Source of the DNA: an uncultured Deferribacteres bacterium
Lineage (GTDB): Bacteria > Zhuqueibacterota > Zhuqueibacteria > Zhuqueibacterales > Geothermadaptataceae
Direction: 5' to 3'
NCBI GenBank assembly: GCA_964014485.1
Contig: CAXHAT010000070.1
Span: 1-36,249 of the forward strand
DNA: 36,249 bases
Part shown: piece after piece, positions 1-9,133 of the stretch
Layout: each line of letters opens with the position of its first letter
Position numbering within the stretch: the stretch's first letter is position 1
Notes under the pieces: generated by a model
Told to the model about the DNA's origin: nothing
Databases searched by the model: none
The model's input: the letters and a program-made list of their open reading frames with translations, nothing else
Position numbers and translations under genes: made by a program

Positions 1-91
1 GCTCACAGCTCACAGCTCACAGCTCACAGCTCACAGCTCACAGCTCACAGCTCACAGCTCACAGCTCACTGCTCACAGCTCACAGCTCACT
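1..91 (+). repeat. 7-bp tandem repeat (GCTCACA)n, 13 units, truncated by window start
   Basis: 9x GCTCACA, GCTCACT, 2x GCTCACA, GCTCACT read directly. Confidence 0.98.
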
Positions 92-217
92 GCCAATGGC
101 CGACAAGCATGATTTTTATAGACGCCTGTTTAGCGTGTTCGTTTAAACGTCAAGTTTTACTCAAACCCGCCTCATTCATGTATAATCAAAGCATAAGAGA
201 TTTATAGTTTCAAAGCC

Positions 218-1132
218 ATGACCAATCCAGAAATTTCCATTTGCATCGCCACCTTTCAACGTCCCGACGGACTGGAGCGCCTTTTTCAAAGTCTGAAAAG
301 TTTGCAAGGGGTGGAAAACGTCTCATTTGAAATGATTGTAGTGGATAACGACGCTCAAAAATCGGCGATGCGCATTGTGGACAACTGGAAAAAGCGATTG
401 CCGGAAGTTCGCTATTTTATTGAGCCGAGGCAAAACATTGCGCACGCACGAAACCGGGCGATTGTTGAAGCGCGCGGCGATTGGGTCGTCTTTATCGACG
501 ATGACGAGATCGCATCGCCTCAATGGCTTGCGGCCTATTTGAGCGCGATAAAAAAACATGCCGCGGAAGGCTATTTTGGACCAGTCCTGGCGCAGTTCGA
601 AGAAAGCGTTGAAACCTGGCTCGACCAAAACGCCTTTTTCGACCGGGCGCGATTTGAAACCGGGAAAAAACTGTCGTTTGAACAAACGCGAACCGGTAAC
701 GCTTTCATCAAAAGATCGGCTCTCAAAAGCTTTCAGTTCAACCCCGAGTACGGGCTAACCGGCGGCTCGGACGTTGAACTTTTCTCCCGAATGTTAGACG
801 CAGGTCATCGTTTCGTTTGGGTCGACGAGGCCGAGGTGACTGAGTTTGTGCCGGTCAAGCGCGTGCGATTCTCCTGGCTGATGCAGCGGGCGTTTCGCGG
901 CGGCCTGGTCTGGTCAAAACTGGAACGCCAAAGAAGGCCGGGCGTCAAGAATCGTCTGGCGAGGGTTTGCAAGGCTTTGGGTGGCTACGTCCTTTTTTCA
1001 CTACTTGTACCCTTTGAGTTATTGCGCGGGAGAACGCTGGCGGCCAAGCGAGTTTTACGAATTTGTACACAGGCCGGGCACCTTTGGAGCGCTTTGAATC
1101 TGACCTACGAAGAATATAGGAAATCCGCCTAG
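218..1132 (+). CDS. Glycosyltransferase family 2 (GT-A, ExoM-like)
   Basis: ISICIATFQRP N-terminus, VVDND, NIAHARN, FIDDDE (DxD), GGSDVELF. Confidence 0.9.
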   Translation: MTNPEISICIATFQRPDGLERLFQSLKSLQGVENVSFEMIVVDNDAQKSAMRIVDNWKKRLPEVRYFIEPRQNIAHARNRAIVEARGDWVVFIDDDEIASPQWLAAYLSAIKKHAAEGYFGPVLAQFEESVETWLDQNAFFDRARFETGKKLSFEQTRTGNAFIKRSALKSFQFNPEYGLTGGSDVELFSRMLDAGHRFVWVDEAEVTEFVPVKRVRFSWLMQRAFRGGLVWSKLERQRRPGVKNRLARVCKALGGYVLFSLLVPFELLRGRTLAAKRVLRICTQAGHLWSALNLTYEEYRKSA

Positions 1133-1188
1133 TTCACTGGAACTTCGAAAAGAGAATAAAACTGTCAACCGTTCAAAATCCTGCAAAA

Positions 1189-2421
1189 ATGATTACCCCG
1201 ATGCGCACCGAAGTTACAACGTCCGAAACAGGGGGGGAGCAACTTAACAACGGCTTAACGGCCAAGAAGCATAAGCTTAAAATCCAGTTTGTGTTTAACT
1301 TTTGCGCACATTACCGGATTCGATTGTTCGAAATTTTGGCGAAAAAGTACGATATCAGTTTTCTGTTCTTCTCGGAAGGCGGCGAAAAATATTATGACGG
1401 CCTTGGCGGGCTGCACCTCGGAGATTTCAAGGGACGTTATCTCAAAGGGTTTAACCTCACTTCAAAACTGCGGATCAACCCGGAGCTTTTCCGGGAATTA
1501 TTCTCGAAAGAAACGAATTTGATCCTCAAATGTATCAACGGGCCTTTTCCGCTTTTGCTGGCATACCTGGCGGCCCGTTTCCGGAAACTCCCTTTCATCT
1601 TGTGGACCGGAATTTGGCATGACCTTGAAACGCCCTTTCATCGCATCGCAGCGCGCATTGTACATCGCGTTTTTCACGGCTCGGACGCCATCGTCGTTTA
1701 CGGCGATCACGTCAAGCGCTACCTCATTGAAAAGGGCGTCGACGGACGCAAGATTTTTCCCGCATACCAAGCCCACGATACTGAGAAATTCCTGATTCAC
1801 GTCCCGCCGGAAGAAATTGAAAAGCTCCGCGATGAGCTCGGAATCACCACGCCGAACGTCATCCTTTACGTAGGCAGGTTCGTTGAAGAAAAAGGCCTGG
1901 AGCATCTCCTGACAGCCTACGAAAAGATGAATCGAGACGACGTTTCTTTGCTGCTCGTCGGGGCCGGAAACACGAAGGCCGCTCTGCGGAAACGCGTAAA
2001 AAACCTGCGAAACGCGTTCATCGAAGGATATGTCAAAAACGATCTGCTGTATCGCTACTACGCATTGGCCGACATTCTTGTCCTGCCATCGATCACAACC
2101 GCGACGTTCAAAGAACCGTGGGGATTTGTGGTCAATGAGGCCATGTGCCAGAGTTGCGCCGTCGTGGTCACGGACGCTGTCGGCGCCGGAATGGGAGGCT
2201 TGGTGGAAGAAGGTGTGAACGGATTTATCGTTCCGGAGCGCAACAGCGCCGCCCTCGCAAATGCTATCGCGCGACTTTTGGACAATCCAACATTGCGCGA
2301 AGGCTTCCAGGAACGCGCGCTTGAAAAAATGAAAACATGGGATCACGAATTTATGAGCCGCGGCTTCGACGCCGCCATCGCATACGCGCTGAAGCATCAC
2401 GATAACGGAAAATCAGATTGA
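1189..2421 (+). CDS. Glycosyltransferase family 4 (GT-B); exact start uncertain
   Basis: ILYVGRFVEEKG, ADILVLPS, EPWGFVVNEAM (EX7E), EGVNGFIV. Confidence 0.9.
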   Translation: MITPMRTEVTTSETGGEQLNNGLTAKKHKLKIQFVFNFCAHYRIRLFEILAKKYDISFLFFSEGGEKYYDGLGGLHLGDFKGRYLKGFNLTSKLRINPELFRELFSKETNLILKCINGPFPLLLAYLAARFRKLPFILWTGIWHDLETPFHRIAARIVHRVFHGSDAIVVYGDHVKRYLIEKGVDGRKIFPAYQAHDTEKFLIHVPPEEIEKLRDELGITTPNVILYVGRFVEEKGLEHLLTAYEKMNRDDVSLLLVGAGNTKAALRKRVKNLRNAFIEGYVKNDLLYRYYALADILVLPSITTATFKEPWGFVVNEAMCQSCAVVVTDAVGAGMGGLVEEGVNGFIVPERNSAALANAIARLLDNPTLREGFQERALEKMKTWDHEFMSRGFDAAIAYALKHHDNGKSD

Positions 2422-2430
2422 CCGCAGACA

Positions 2431-2472
2431 GCCTGAAAACTGAATCTCAAACCACAGAACCTTGACCCTGAA
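2431..2472 (+). repeat. Degenerate 7-bp tandem repeat, about 6 units (consensus near NNCTGAA)
   Basis: GCCTGAA AACTGAA TCTCAAA CCACAGA ACCTTGA CCCTGAA just after the GT4 stop. Confidence 0.45.
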
Positions 2473-2490
2473 ATCTGTCTCGTACGGCTT

Positions 2491-2542
2491 GTTCCCAATC
2501 TCCAGATTGGGAACGCCCATGTTCTCGAGATTCCAGTTTCGA
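2491..2542. repeat. REP-like palindrome plus a weaker second hairpin (half element)
   Basis: GTTCCCAATCT-CC-AGATTGGGAAC perfect 11-bp arms (2491-2514); imperfect TCGAGATTCCAGTTTCGA (2525-2542). Confidence 0.65.
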
Positions 2543-2618
2543 ATGCGCCGCGAGATCGAACCGGTCGGTAAACTTACGGCAATTGTAACCGACGGAAAAA
2601 TCCGGCGAAAATAATTGG

Positions 2619-3710
2619 ATGAACGTTTTGGCAAAAAACACTAAAAAATTTTCTGAGAAACTTAAAAACTGGGCGTTGCTGCTCGGCGTTGTTATGGTCA
2701 TGGCCGTGCTGGCCGAACTTGTCCTGCGGCTCGTTTTCCCGCAGGAACAGACGTCTCTGCCCGGAGCGACAAATCTGGGCACGCTGCAACGTAAAAGCGA
2801 CATTCCCGGCCTCTACTGGGCGGGCAATCCAAACTATTCGTCAGAAAAATATCAATTGAATTCGGCGGGCTTTCGGGGAAGGGAATTCTCCAGAGAAAAG
2901 CCGGACAGCACCCTCCGCCTGGCGTTAATCGGCGACTCCGTGACTTTTGGACTCGGCGTGCATCAACCCGATTCGATCTATGCGACGCTGCTCGAAAATA
3001 TGCTGCAAAATTATGGAAATATTGAAGTTCTCAATTTTGGCGTACCCGGTTACAATACATGGCAAGAGTTTATCCAACTCAAGGAAATCGTTCTGGAATA
3101 TTCGCCGGACATTGTGATGCTGGGGTTCTTTTTTAACGACGCCGACGGATTGACGAGCATTGCCACCGCCGATGGTTTGACCCAATTTGGCAGCGAAAAA
3201 AAGAAACCCTCAGGCGCGGGCTTTACGAATTTTGTCAAAAAAAGCCGTCTGGTTTTGGCGCTCAAAAACCTCGTCGAACAAATCGGGGTCGCCGCTTTCG
3301 ACTACTACCCGAATTACATCGATCTGAAAATAAAATCCGCGCGCTGGGCGGAAATGAAAGCCGAGCTGGCAAAAATGCGGCGCTTCCTGGATGACCGTAA
3401 AATTCCGTTTATTGTGACCGTTTTTCCGGTCTCGTACCAGCTCAAATATGAAGAGTCGGAAAGCGCGGCGCAAACCGACCTGACGGGTTTTCTACGTTCC
3501 GAAAATATCGCGTTTATCAATTTGTTTGAGCCTTTCAAGCAGTTCCTCGCTGCAAATGATTTTGACTATTTCAAGCTGCTCGTCAAGGGGCTGCCAGACT
3601 CGCACCCGACGGAGGCGGGGCATCATGTCGCGGCGGAAACGATCCGCCAAAACGAAACTTTCCTTAATTTTTTAAATCATTCGAAAAGCAAGGGGGAAGC
3701 GCATGAATGA
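2619..3710 (+). CDS. Membrane-anchored SGNH/GDSL hydrolase-family protein (putative glycan O-acetyl transferase or esterase)
   Basis: N-terminal TM helix; block I LIGDSVTFG, block II NFGVPGYNT, block III FFFND, block V DSHP. Confidence 0.85.
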   Translation: MNVLAKNTKKFSEKLKNWALLLGVVMVMAVLAELVLRLVFPQEQTSLPGATNLGTLQRKSDIPGLYWAGNPNYSSEKYQLNSAGFRGREFSREKPDSTLRLALIGDSVTFGLGVHQPDSIYATLLENMLQNYGNIEVLNFGVPGYNTWQEFIQLKEIVLEYSPDIVMLGFFFNDADGLTSIATADGLTQFGSEKKKPSGAGFTNFVKKSRLVLALKNLVEQIGVAAFDYYPNYIDLKIKSARWAEMKAELAKMRRFLDDRKIPFIVTVFPVSYQLKYEESESAAQTDLTGFLRSENIAFINLFEPFKQFLAANDFDYFKLLVKGLPDSHPTEAGHHVAAETIRQNETFLNFLNHSKSKGEAHE

Positions 3711-3761
3711 CGAAAACGGAAAAAGCGCAACCAACGCTTGCCGCAGGCGCAAGGGGGCGGA

Positions 3762-4973
3762 TTGAAAATTCTCCTGATTCACAACGACTATAAAATTTTC
3801 GGCGGAGAAAGCACCGTCTTCGAAGCGGAACGCCGATTGTTGGAGAAAAACGGCCATCAAGTCATCGTTTATACCCGGCACAACAATGAAATTGATCGGT
3901 TTTCTTTGAGTCAAAAACTGGGACTTTTTCAGAACACTGCCTGGTCCAGTCGCAGCTTTGATGAACTTGACAAATTTATTGTCGGGGAGCAACCGGACGT
4001 TGCGCATTTTCATAATACGCTGCCGCTCATCAGTCCGGCGGCCTACTATGCCTGCCAGACGAACAATGTTCCCGTGGTGCAAACGCTGCATAACTTTCGG
4101 CTCATGTGTCCGGTTGCGACATTCTTTCGAGACGGAAAAGTTTGCGAAGACTGTCTGGAAAAATCGCTTTTTGAGAGTGTAAAGCACGGGTGTTACCGCG
4201 ATTCCCGATTGCAAACAATGGCCGTCGCCAGAATGATTTCCAAGCATCGCCGTATGAAGACTTACGCCGAAAAAGTTGACGCCTACATTGCGCTGACCGA
4301 GTTTCACAAACGCAAATTTACTGAAGCGGGGATACCGCCGAGCAAAATATTCATAAAACCGAATTTTGTTGCAGCATCCGAAATTTCCGCCAAGAGCAAC
4401 AACGCCGGTCATGCACTTTTTTTAGGCAGGCTTTCACAGGAAAAAGGAGTGGAAGTCTTGCTCCGCGCTTGGCGGAGAATCAAAAAGACGCCGCTCAAAA
4501 TCGCGGGGGAAGGGCCGGACAAAGAGGCGCTTGAAGCATTGGTGAAAAAACTTGGCTTAAAAAACGTCGCCTTCACAGGTTTTCTGGATCGCGAGGCCTG
4601 CGCAGCGGCCATGCGAGAAGCGCGTTTTCTGGTGCTGCCTTCAATTTGGTACGAAGGCATGCCGATGGTTTTGCTTGAAGCTTTCGCGATGGGCAAACCG
4701 GCCGTGGCGAGCCGCATTGGCGGGCTTGGAAGCATTGTCAGGGACGGCGTTAACGGGCGGCTGTTCGAACCCGGAAATGCCGAGCAACTCGGACAAGCAG
4801 TGCAAGAATTTGAAGATGAGCCGATTTTGCTCGAAAAAATGGGCGCGGCGGCTCGTGAAGAATTTGAATCGAAATACGCGCCTGAAGTGAATTACAAAAC
4901 ATTGATGAGTATTTACGACAGTGTTCTTTCCGCCAAAACGGAGCGGTATTTGAACGAAGTTGAGACGAGCTGA
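3762..4973 (+). CDS. Glycosyltransferase family 4; likely TTG start at 3762 (MKILLIHNDY)
   Basis: AAGGGGG RBS before TTG 3762; GGE, HFHN, TLHNFR, GRLSQEKG, YEGMPMVLLEAFA. Confidence 0.9.
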   Translation: MKILLIHNDYKIFGGESTVFEAERRLLEKNGHQVIVYTRHNNEIDRFSLSQKLGLFQNTAWSSRSFDELDKFIVGEQPDVAHFHNTLPLISPAAYYACQTNNVPVVQTLHNFRLMCPVATFFRDGKVCEDCLEKSLFESVKHGCYRDSRLQTMAVARMISKHRRMKTYAEKVDAYIALTEFHKRKFTEAGIPPSKIFIKPNFVAASEISAKSNNAGHALFLGRLSQEKGVEVLLRAWRRIKKTPLKIAGEGPDKEALEALVKKLGLKNVAFTGFLDREACAAAMREARFLVLPSIWYEGMPMVLLEAFAMGKPAVASRIGGLGSIVRDGVNGRLFEPGNAEQLGQAVQEFEDEPILLEKMGAAAREEFESKYAPEVNYKTLMSIYDSVLSAKTERYLNEVETS

Positions 4974-4992
4974 CGCCTGGGAATTGCAACAA

Positions 4993-6030
4993 ATGAGCGC
5001 CTCGCCATTCTTAAAAAAACTTGCCGTTTTCGCGACGGCGTCACTGGTTGTTTTTCTAACCCTCGAGATTTTAGCGCGTTTGTTCTTTGCCGATTTTGCA
5101 AAAGAACCCGTCGTCCCGCCGACGATAAACCTTCTCGATGAAAAATTAGGCTGGCGCTTGAAGCCAAACCTTAGCGTCGCTTCAAACCGGCTCGGTTATG
5201 AAATTGAGTACCACATGAACAGCAAGGGCCTGCGTGACGATGAAACGCCTTACCAGAAGCCCGACGGCGTTTTTCGCGTCGTGCTGCTCGGCGACTCGCG
5301 CACGTTCGGTTTCGGCGTGCCGATTGAAAAACATTTTTCCAGAATTTTGGAAGGCTATTTTGAAGATTTTGAAGTCGTCAACCTGGGAATCAGCGGCTAC
5401 GGCGTCGATCAGCAGCTGCTTTATTTGCGCGAGGAAGGTTTTAAATATCAGCCGGATCTGGTGATGGCGTATGTGGCGCACTACGCCAGCCATCGCCACA
5501 TGTACGCTGAAAGATTCGGCATGAAAAAACCGCATTTTGAGCTTGCCGACCGCGAGCTTCAGTTGAAAAACGTTCCCGTTCCAATCCAGTCGTCCGGAGC
5601 GTTTTCATTTGTGCGCGAGATGCATCACTGGGGGGCGGCGAACAGCGTTGTTTATCATATTCTAGGGAATGGCTTGCTGCGGATGATGAAGAAGAACAAC
5701 GCGAAGACGCAAGCGACGCAGGAAAAGTCCGGAGCCGCCGACGCGGAATTCACGCGACGACTGCACGAGCTTGGCGCGACGATTGTCTTTCAAATGCAGA
5801 AAGACGCCGAGACGCGCGGCGCTAATTTCGTTTTGGTGACGGAAATCCCCGAATTGCACTGGACAATGCAAAAAGAAGGCGTTTTATCGCTTGACGTCTC
5901 TCAAGCGCTGGACAACCACTTTTACCCCCTGCCCGAAGACCTCAAACACATCAACGAATCCGGCAACGGTGTACTCGCCTGGGAAATCGCCCAGTTTTTA
6001 AAAGAAGAGCGGTTGACCAGAGGTGAGTAA
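4993..6030 (+). CDS. Membrane-anchored SGNH/GDSL hydrolase-family protein (ATG 4993; alternative TTG 4960)
   Basis: N-terminal TM helix, NSKGLRD, VLLGDSRTFG, NLGISGYGVDQ, C-terminal DLKH (DxxH). Confidence 0.83.
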   Translation: MSASPFLKKLAVFATASLVVFLTLEILARLFFADFAKEPVVPPTINLLDEKLGWRLKPNLSVASNRLGYEIEYHMNSKGLRDDETPYQKPDGVFRVVLLGDSRTFGFGVPIEKHFSRILEGYFEDFEVVNLGISGYGVDQQLLYLREEGFKYQPDLVMAYVAHYASHRHMYAERFGMKKPHFELADRELQLKNVPVPIQSSGAFSFVREMHHWGAANSVVYHILGNGLLRMMKKNNAKTQATQEKSGAADAEFTRRLHELGATIVFQMQKDAETRGANFVLVTEIPELHWTMQKEGVLSLDVSQALDNHFYPLPEDLKHINESGNGVLAWEIAQFLKEERLTRGE

Positions 6031-6036
6031 AGATCA

Positions 6037-6102
6037 AAGGAGTGCGAGGCTTGCCTTGCTTTTTATTTGGCAAAAAATTGCAAAGCAAGCTTCGCACTCC
6101 TT
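6037..6102. repeat. REP-like inverted pair, family A (AAGGAGTGC...GCACTCCTT), between convergent genes; may also terminate transcription
   Basis: 23-bp arms 6037-6059 and 6080-6102 with 2 mismatches, 20-nt spacer. Confidence 0.85.
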
Positions 6103-6106
6103 GGCT

Positions 6107-8524
6107 CTACTCGATTCGAATCGATTTCACCGGATTTGACAATGCGGCGCGGACGGATTGGTAGCTCACGGCAAAAAAGGCGATGAACAGCGCGAGCACG
6201 GTCGAAAGCACGAAATTGTCCACGCCCATGCCGACGCGGTAGGCGAAATCTTGCAGCCATTCATTCATAAAAAATACTGCGAACGGAATGGCGACGATGT
6301 TGGCGATGATCACGAGTTTACCAAAATCCCCGGCTAAAAGTCCAACGATCGACGGCGATCCCGCGCCAAGCACTTTTCGAATGCCGATTTCCTTTGTCCG
6401 CCGCGCCACGGTTAGCGCCGCCAAGCCGAACAAGCCCAAGCAAGCGATGAGGATGGCGAACGCCGCTGCGTATTGCACGACGCTCTCCCAGCGCTGAAAA
6501 TCTCGGTACTGCGCTTCGACGTCTTCGTCCAGGAATGTATAAACAAATGCCTGCCCGCTCGAAGCTGTTTTCCATTCTTTTTCAAGCGCGGCCATCGTCT
6601 CGGGAATATCGTTCGGCGAAATGCGGACGTGGACGAAATTCATCAGCCGCGGACTGGTGCTAGTGTTAATGTCGTTAATGCCGCGAAAAAGAGGCTGCGG
6701 CGTAAGCGAAAGTACGACCGGGCCGACCGGGCTTTCCAGCGATTGAAAATTGAAGTCCTTCACCACGCCGACGACTTGGTGCGGGGGGAAATTGTTGCCG
6801 GGAAGTTTTTGGCCAAGACCGTTTTCCCAGCCAAAAAATTCAACCGTTGCCTCGTTGACGATCAGCGCCTGCATCGAATCCGTGCCGAACTGACGTGAAA
6901 AATTGCGCCCTGCGAGCAAGTCCATTTGCATGGTTTCGAGATAATCGTAATCGACGGTTTGCTGGTAAAATTGCCTGAAATTATCCTGCGCGTCGCGGAA
7001 GCCCATCAGCGTCCAACCGCCGCCGAATTGATTGGACGCGCCGCTGACGCCGAGCACGTCCGAACGGCTGGAAAGCGCGGTTCGCAGGCGCTCGACCACC
7101 GCGCCCGTCTCCTGCATCGGGCTGTTGTTGCGCACCACCACGACTTGTTCGTCGTTAAAACCCAAGTCTTTCGTCTGCATATAAGAAATTTGATCCCCCA
7201 TAACAAAAGTGCTGATGAGCAGAAAAATGGAGAGCGCGAATTGCAAAACGACCAGAGAACGTCCAAAAAATTTCGCTCCGCCCATTTGCGAATCGCCGCG
7301 CATCACGATGGCCGGTTGGAATCGTGAAAGCACGAGCGCCGGATAACTGCCCGCCAAAACGCCGACCAGCAGAACGAGCACGAGAATCGCCCCGATTGTC
7401 AGAAAATCGAGAGAAAAAGTGAGTTGTTTTTGCGAAATGTCGTTAAAATGCGGCAACGCCCAAACCGCCAGTCCCAGGCCAAGAATTAGGGCGATGAAGC
7501 TCATCAACATCGCCTCGCCCCAAAATTGCTTAATAAGCTGACCTTTGACGGCGCCAAGCACTTTGCGCACGCCGACTTCCTTGTTGCGCGTCGTGGAGCG
7601 TCCCATAGCCAGCGTGGTAAAATTGATGCACGCAATGCCGAGAATGAGCAGGCCGATTCCCATCAAAATGTAAGAATACTGCGGGTCGCTGACGGCGGCG
7701 ACGGCGGAAGGTATGTCCGGATTCAGGTAAATATCGTGCAGCGGCTGTAGGAACAGATTGACTTCCGGACTGTCTTCAGGGTAATGCTTTTTGACGACGG
7801 CAGTGAGTTTTTCTTCACTCTGGGCGGGATCAAAATTTTCTGGCAGCAAAACGTAGGTTTCCAGCCAGACGTTAAACCACGCTTCCATCGCGCGCTGAGA
7901 TTGATATTTCAGCGCGTTGTCGAAAGAGATGGCCATATTAAATTGAATGCTCGAATTGACAGGCACGTCTTCCGCGATTCCGGAAACGGTGAATTCATAA
8001 AATTCTTCGCCCAGCTTGATCGAAAGCTGCTTTCCGACGACGTTTGGGGTCCCGAAGAGTTTTTGCGCCTGACTTTCCGTGAGAACAACAGAACCGGGGT
8101 CTTGCAGCACCTGCGCAGGATCGCCTTGCTTGAGCTTATAGTCAAAGATCTCGAAAAAATCGTTGTCGACGAGAAAGTGCGTTTCGTTGAAATTTTCATT
8201 GTTTTGCCGGACGATGTCGCGGCGGGTCGCGAGGCGAACGGCGGCTTCAACTTCGGGAAATGATTCTTCCATGGCCGGAGCTAAAGGCGGAGGCGTTGCT
8301 GAATATCTCAGCAAGTCGCGCCCGGGGATTTTCTCAGTCACGTGGATGCGGTAAATGCGGTCGCCGTTTTTGTGGAAATTGTCATAGCTGAATTCGTGAT
8401 TGACGAACAAGTAAATCAAAATGCAGCAAGCCAGCCCAATCGCCAAGCCGACGATGTTGATGAAGGCGTACAATTTGTGCTTGGTTAAATTGCGCAAAGC
8501 GACGCGGAGGTAATTCTTGAACAT
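6107..8524 (-). CDS. ABC transporter permease, duplicated MacB/FtsX type
   Basis: MFKNYLRVALRNL start, two large periplasmic domains, twice-repeated KE(V/I)G(V/I)RKVLGA, C-terminal NPVKSIR. Confidence 0.93.
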   Translation of the reverse strand: MFKNYLRVALRNLTKHKLYAFINIVGLAIGLACCILIYLFVNHEFSYDNFHKNGDRIYRIHVTEKIPGRDLLRYSATPPPLAPAMEESFPEVEAAVRLATRRDIVRQNNENFNETHFLVDNDFFEIFDYKLKQGDPAQVLQDPGSVVLTESQAQKLFGTPNVVGKQLSIKLGEEFYEFTVSGIAEDVPVNSSIQFNMAISFDNALKYQSQRAMEAWFNVWLETYVLLPENFDPAQSEEKLTAVVKKHYPEDSPEVNLFLQPLHDIYLNPDIPSAVAAVSDPQYSYILMGIGLLILGIACINFTTLAMGRSTTRNKEVGVRKVLGAVKGQLIKQFWGEAMLMSFIALILGLGLAVWALPHFNDISQKQLTFSLDFLTIGAILVLVLLVGVLAGSYPALVLSRFQPAIVMRGDSQMGGAKFFGRSLVVLQFALSIFLLISTFVMGDQISYMQTKDLGFNDEQVVVVRNNSPMQETGAVVERLRTALSSRSDVLGVSGASNQFGGGWTLMGFRDAQDNFRQFYQQTVDYDYLETMQMDLLAGRNFSRQFGTDSMQALIVNEATVEFFGWENGLGQKLPGNNFPPHQVVGVVKDFNFQSLESPVGPVVLSLTPQPLFRGINDINTSTSPRLMNFVHVRISPNDIPETMAALEKEWKTASSGQAFVYTFLDEDVEAQYRDFQRWESVVQYAAAFAILIACLGLFGLAALTVARRTKEIGIRKVLGAGSPSIVGLLAGDFGKLVIIANIVAIPFAVFFMNEWLQDFAYRVGMGVDNFVLSTVLALFIAFFAVSYQSVRAALSNPVKSIRIE

Positions 8525-8662
8525 TTGCTCTCTCCCGGTTTTCCAATTTTCAAGATGATTTTTAATTGGACAGATCGATGCTTGAAAAGGTTAGTTTTTG
8601 ATAGATGCATGAAGCTGTTTAATGGTTTAACGTTGCTCATTTTTTATAATCAGCACTTCTAG

Positions 8663-8732
8663 TTGTCATTCAGGAAGAATCTATTTTGCCAAACCTTGTG
8701 AAGGTGCAAAATAGATTCCTCCTGAATGACAA
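8663..8732. repeat. Long inverted repeat of TGTCATTC...GAATGACA type (REP-like family B)
   Basis: 27-bp arms 8663-8689 and 8706-8732 with 1 mismatch, 16-nt loop. Confidence 0.85.
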
Positions 8733-8877
8733 GGCGATGTGATGCGTCGCGACGTACGACGTTTGTAATACTACACGTGTAGATGTTAATTGTTTCAGAG
8801 TATTTTGTCAATGATTGTTTGGCTCAAATCATTCGTTTTTCGGAATCGCGCTTGTTAGATTATCTGCTGTGAAAACA

Positions 8878-9015
8878 AAAGGAGTGCAAAGCTTGCTTTG
8901 CTTCCAACTCGACTCAACCAGCCAGAAGCTGAACGTAATGAGCGAAAGTATGGAACTCAGCGCGCAATTTTTAAAAACCTGCTGCTGAAAAGCAAGGCAA
9001 GCCTTGCACTCCTTT
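8878..9015. repeat. Second copy of REP-like family A with an 86-nt spacer (REPIN-like)
   Basis: AAAGGAGTGCAAAGCTTGCTTTGCTT (8878-8903) / AAGCAAGGCAAGCCTTGCACTCCTTT (8990-9015), 2 mismatches; nearly the same arms as 6037-6102. Confidence 0.85.
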
Positions 9016-9133
9016 ACCGTCTCGCGGATGCAATCGGCGGACGTTTTGAATGTCGGAGTTTCGTGAAAGCCGAACGAGAGAATTGAACATGGTGATAAGC
9101 TAAACTCTTAAAAAAAGTTAGGGATGCGCTGAA

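Noticed and set aside
1..91. Terminal repeats as a CRISPR array or telomere
   Set aside because: No spacers or cas genes; the two window ends carry different units, and the 8-mer also occurs internally.
1498..4412. Long antisense ORFs (e.g. 1498-2400, 3672-4412) and similar shadow ORFs across the window
   Set aside because: They lie opposite well-supported genes and have no recognisable motifs.
2619..4973. Possible TGA readthrough fusing SGNH and GT4 (same frame, single stop at 3708-3710)
   Set aside because: GT4 has its own RBS and TTG start at 3762; in-frame adjacency occurs by chance about one time in three.
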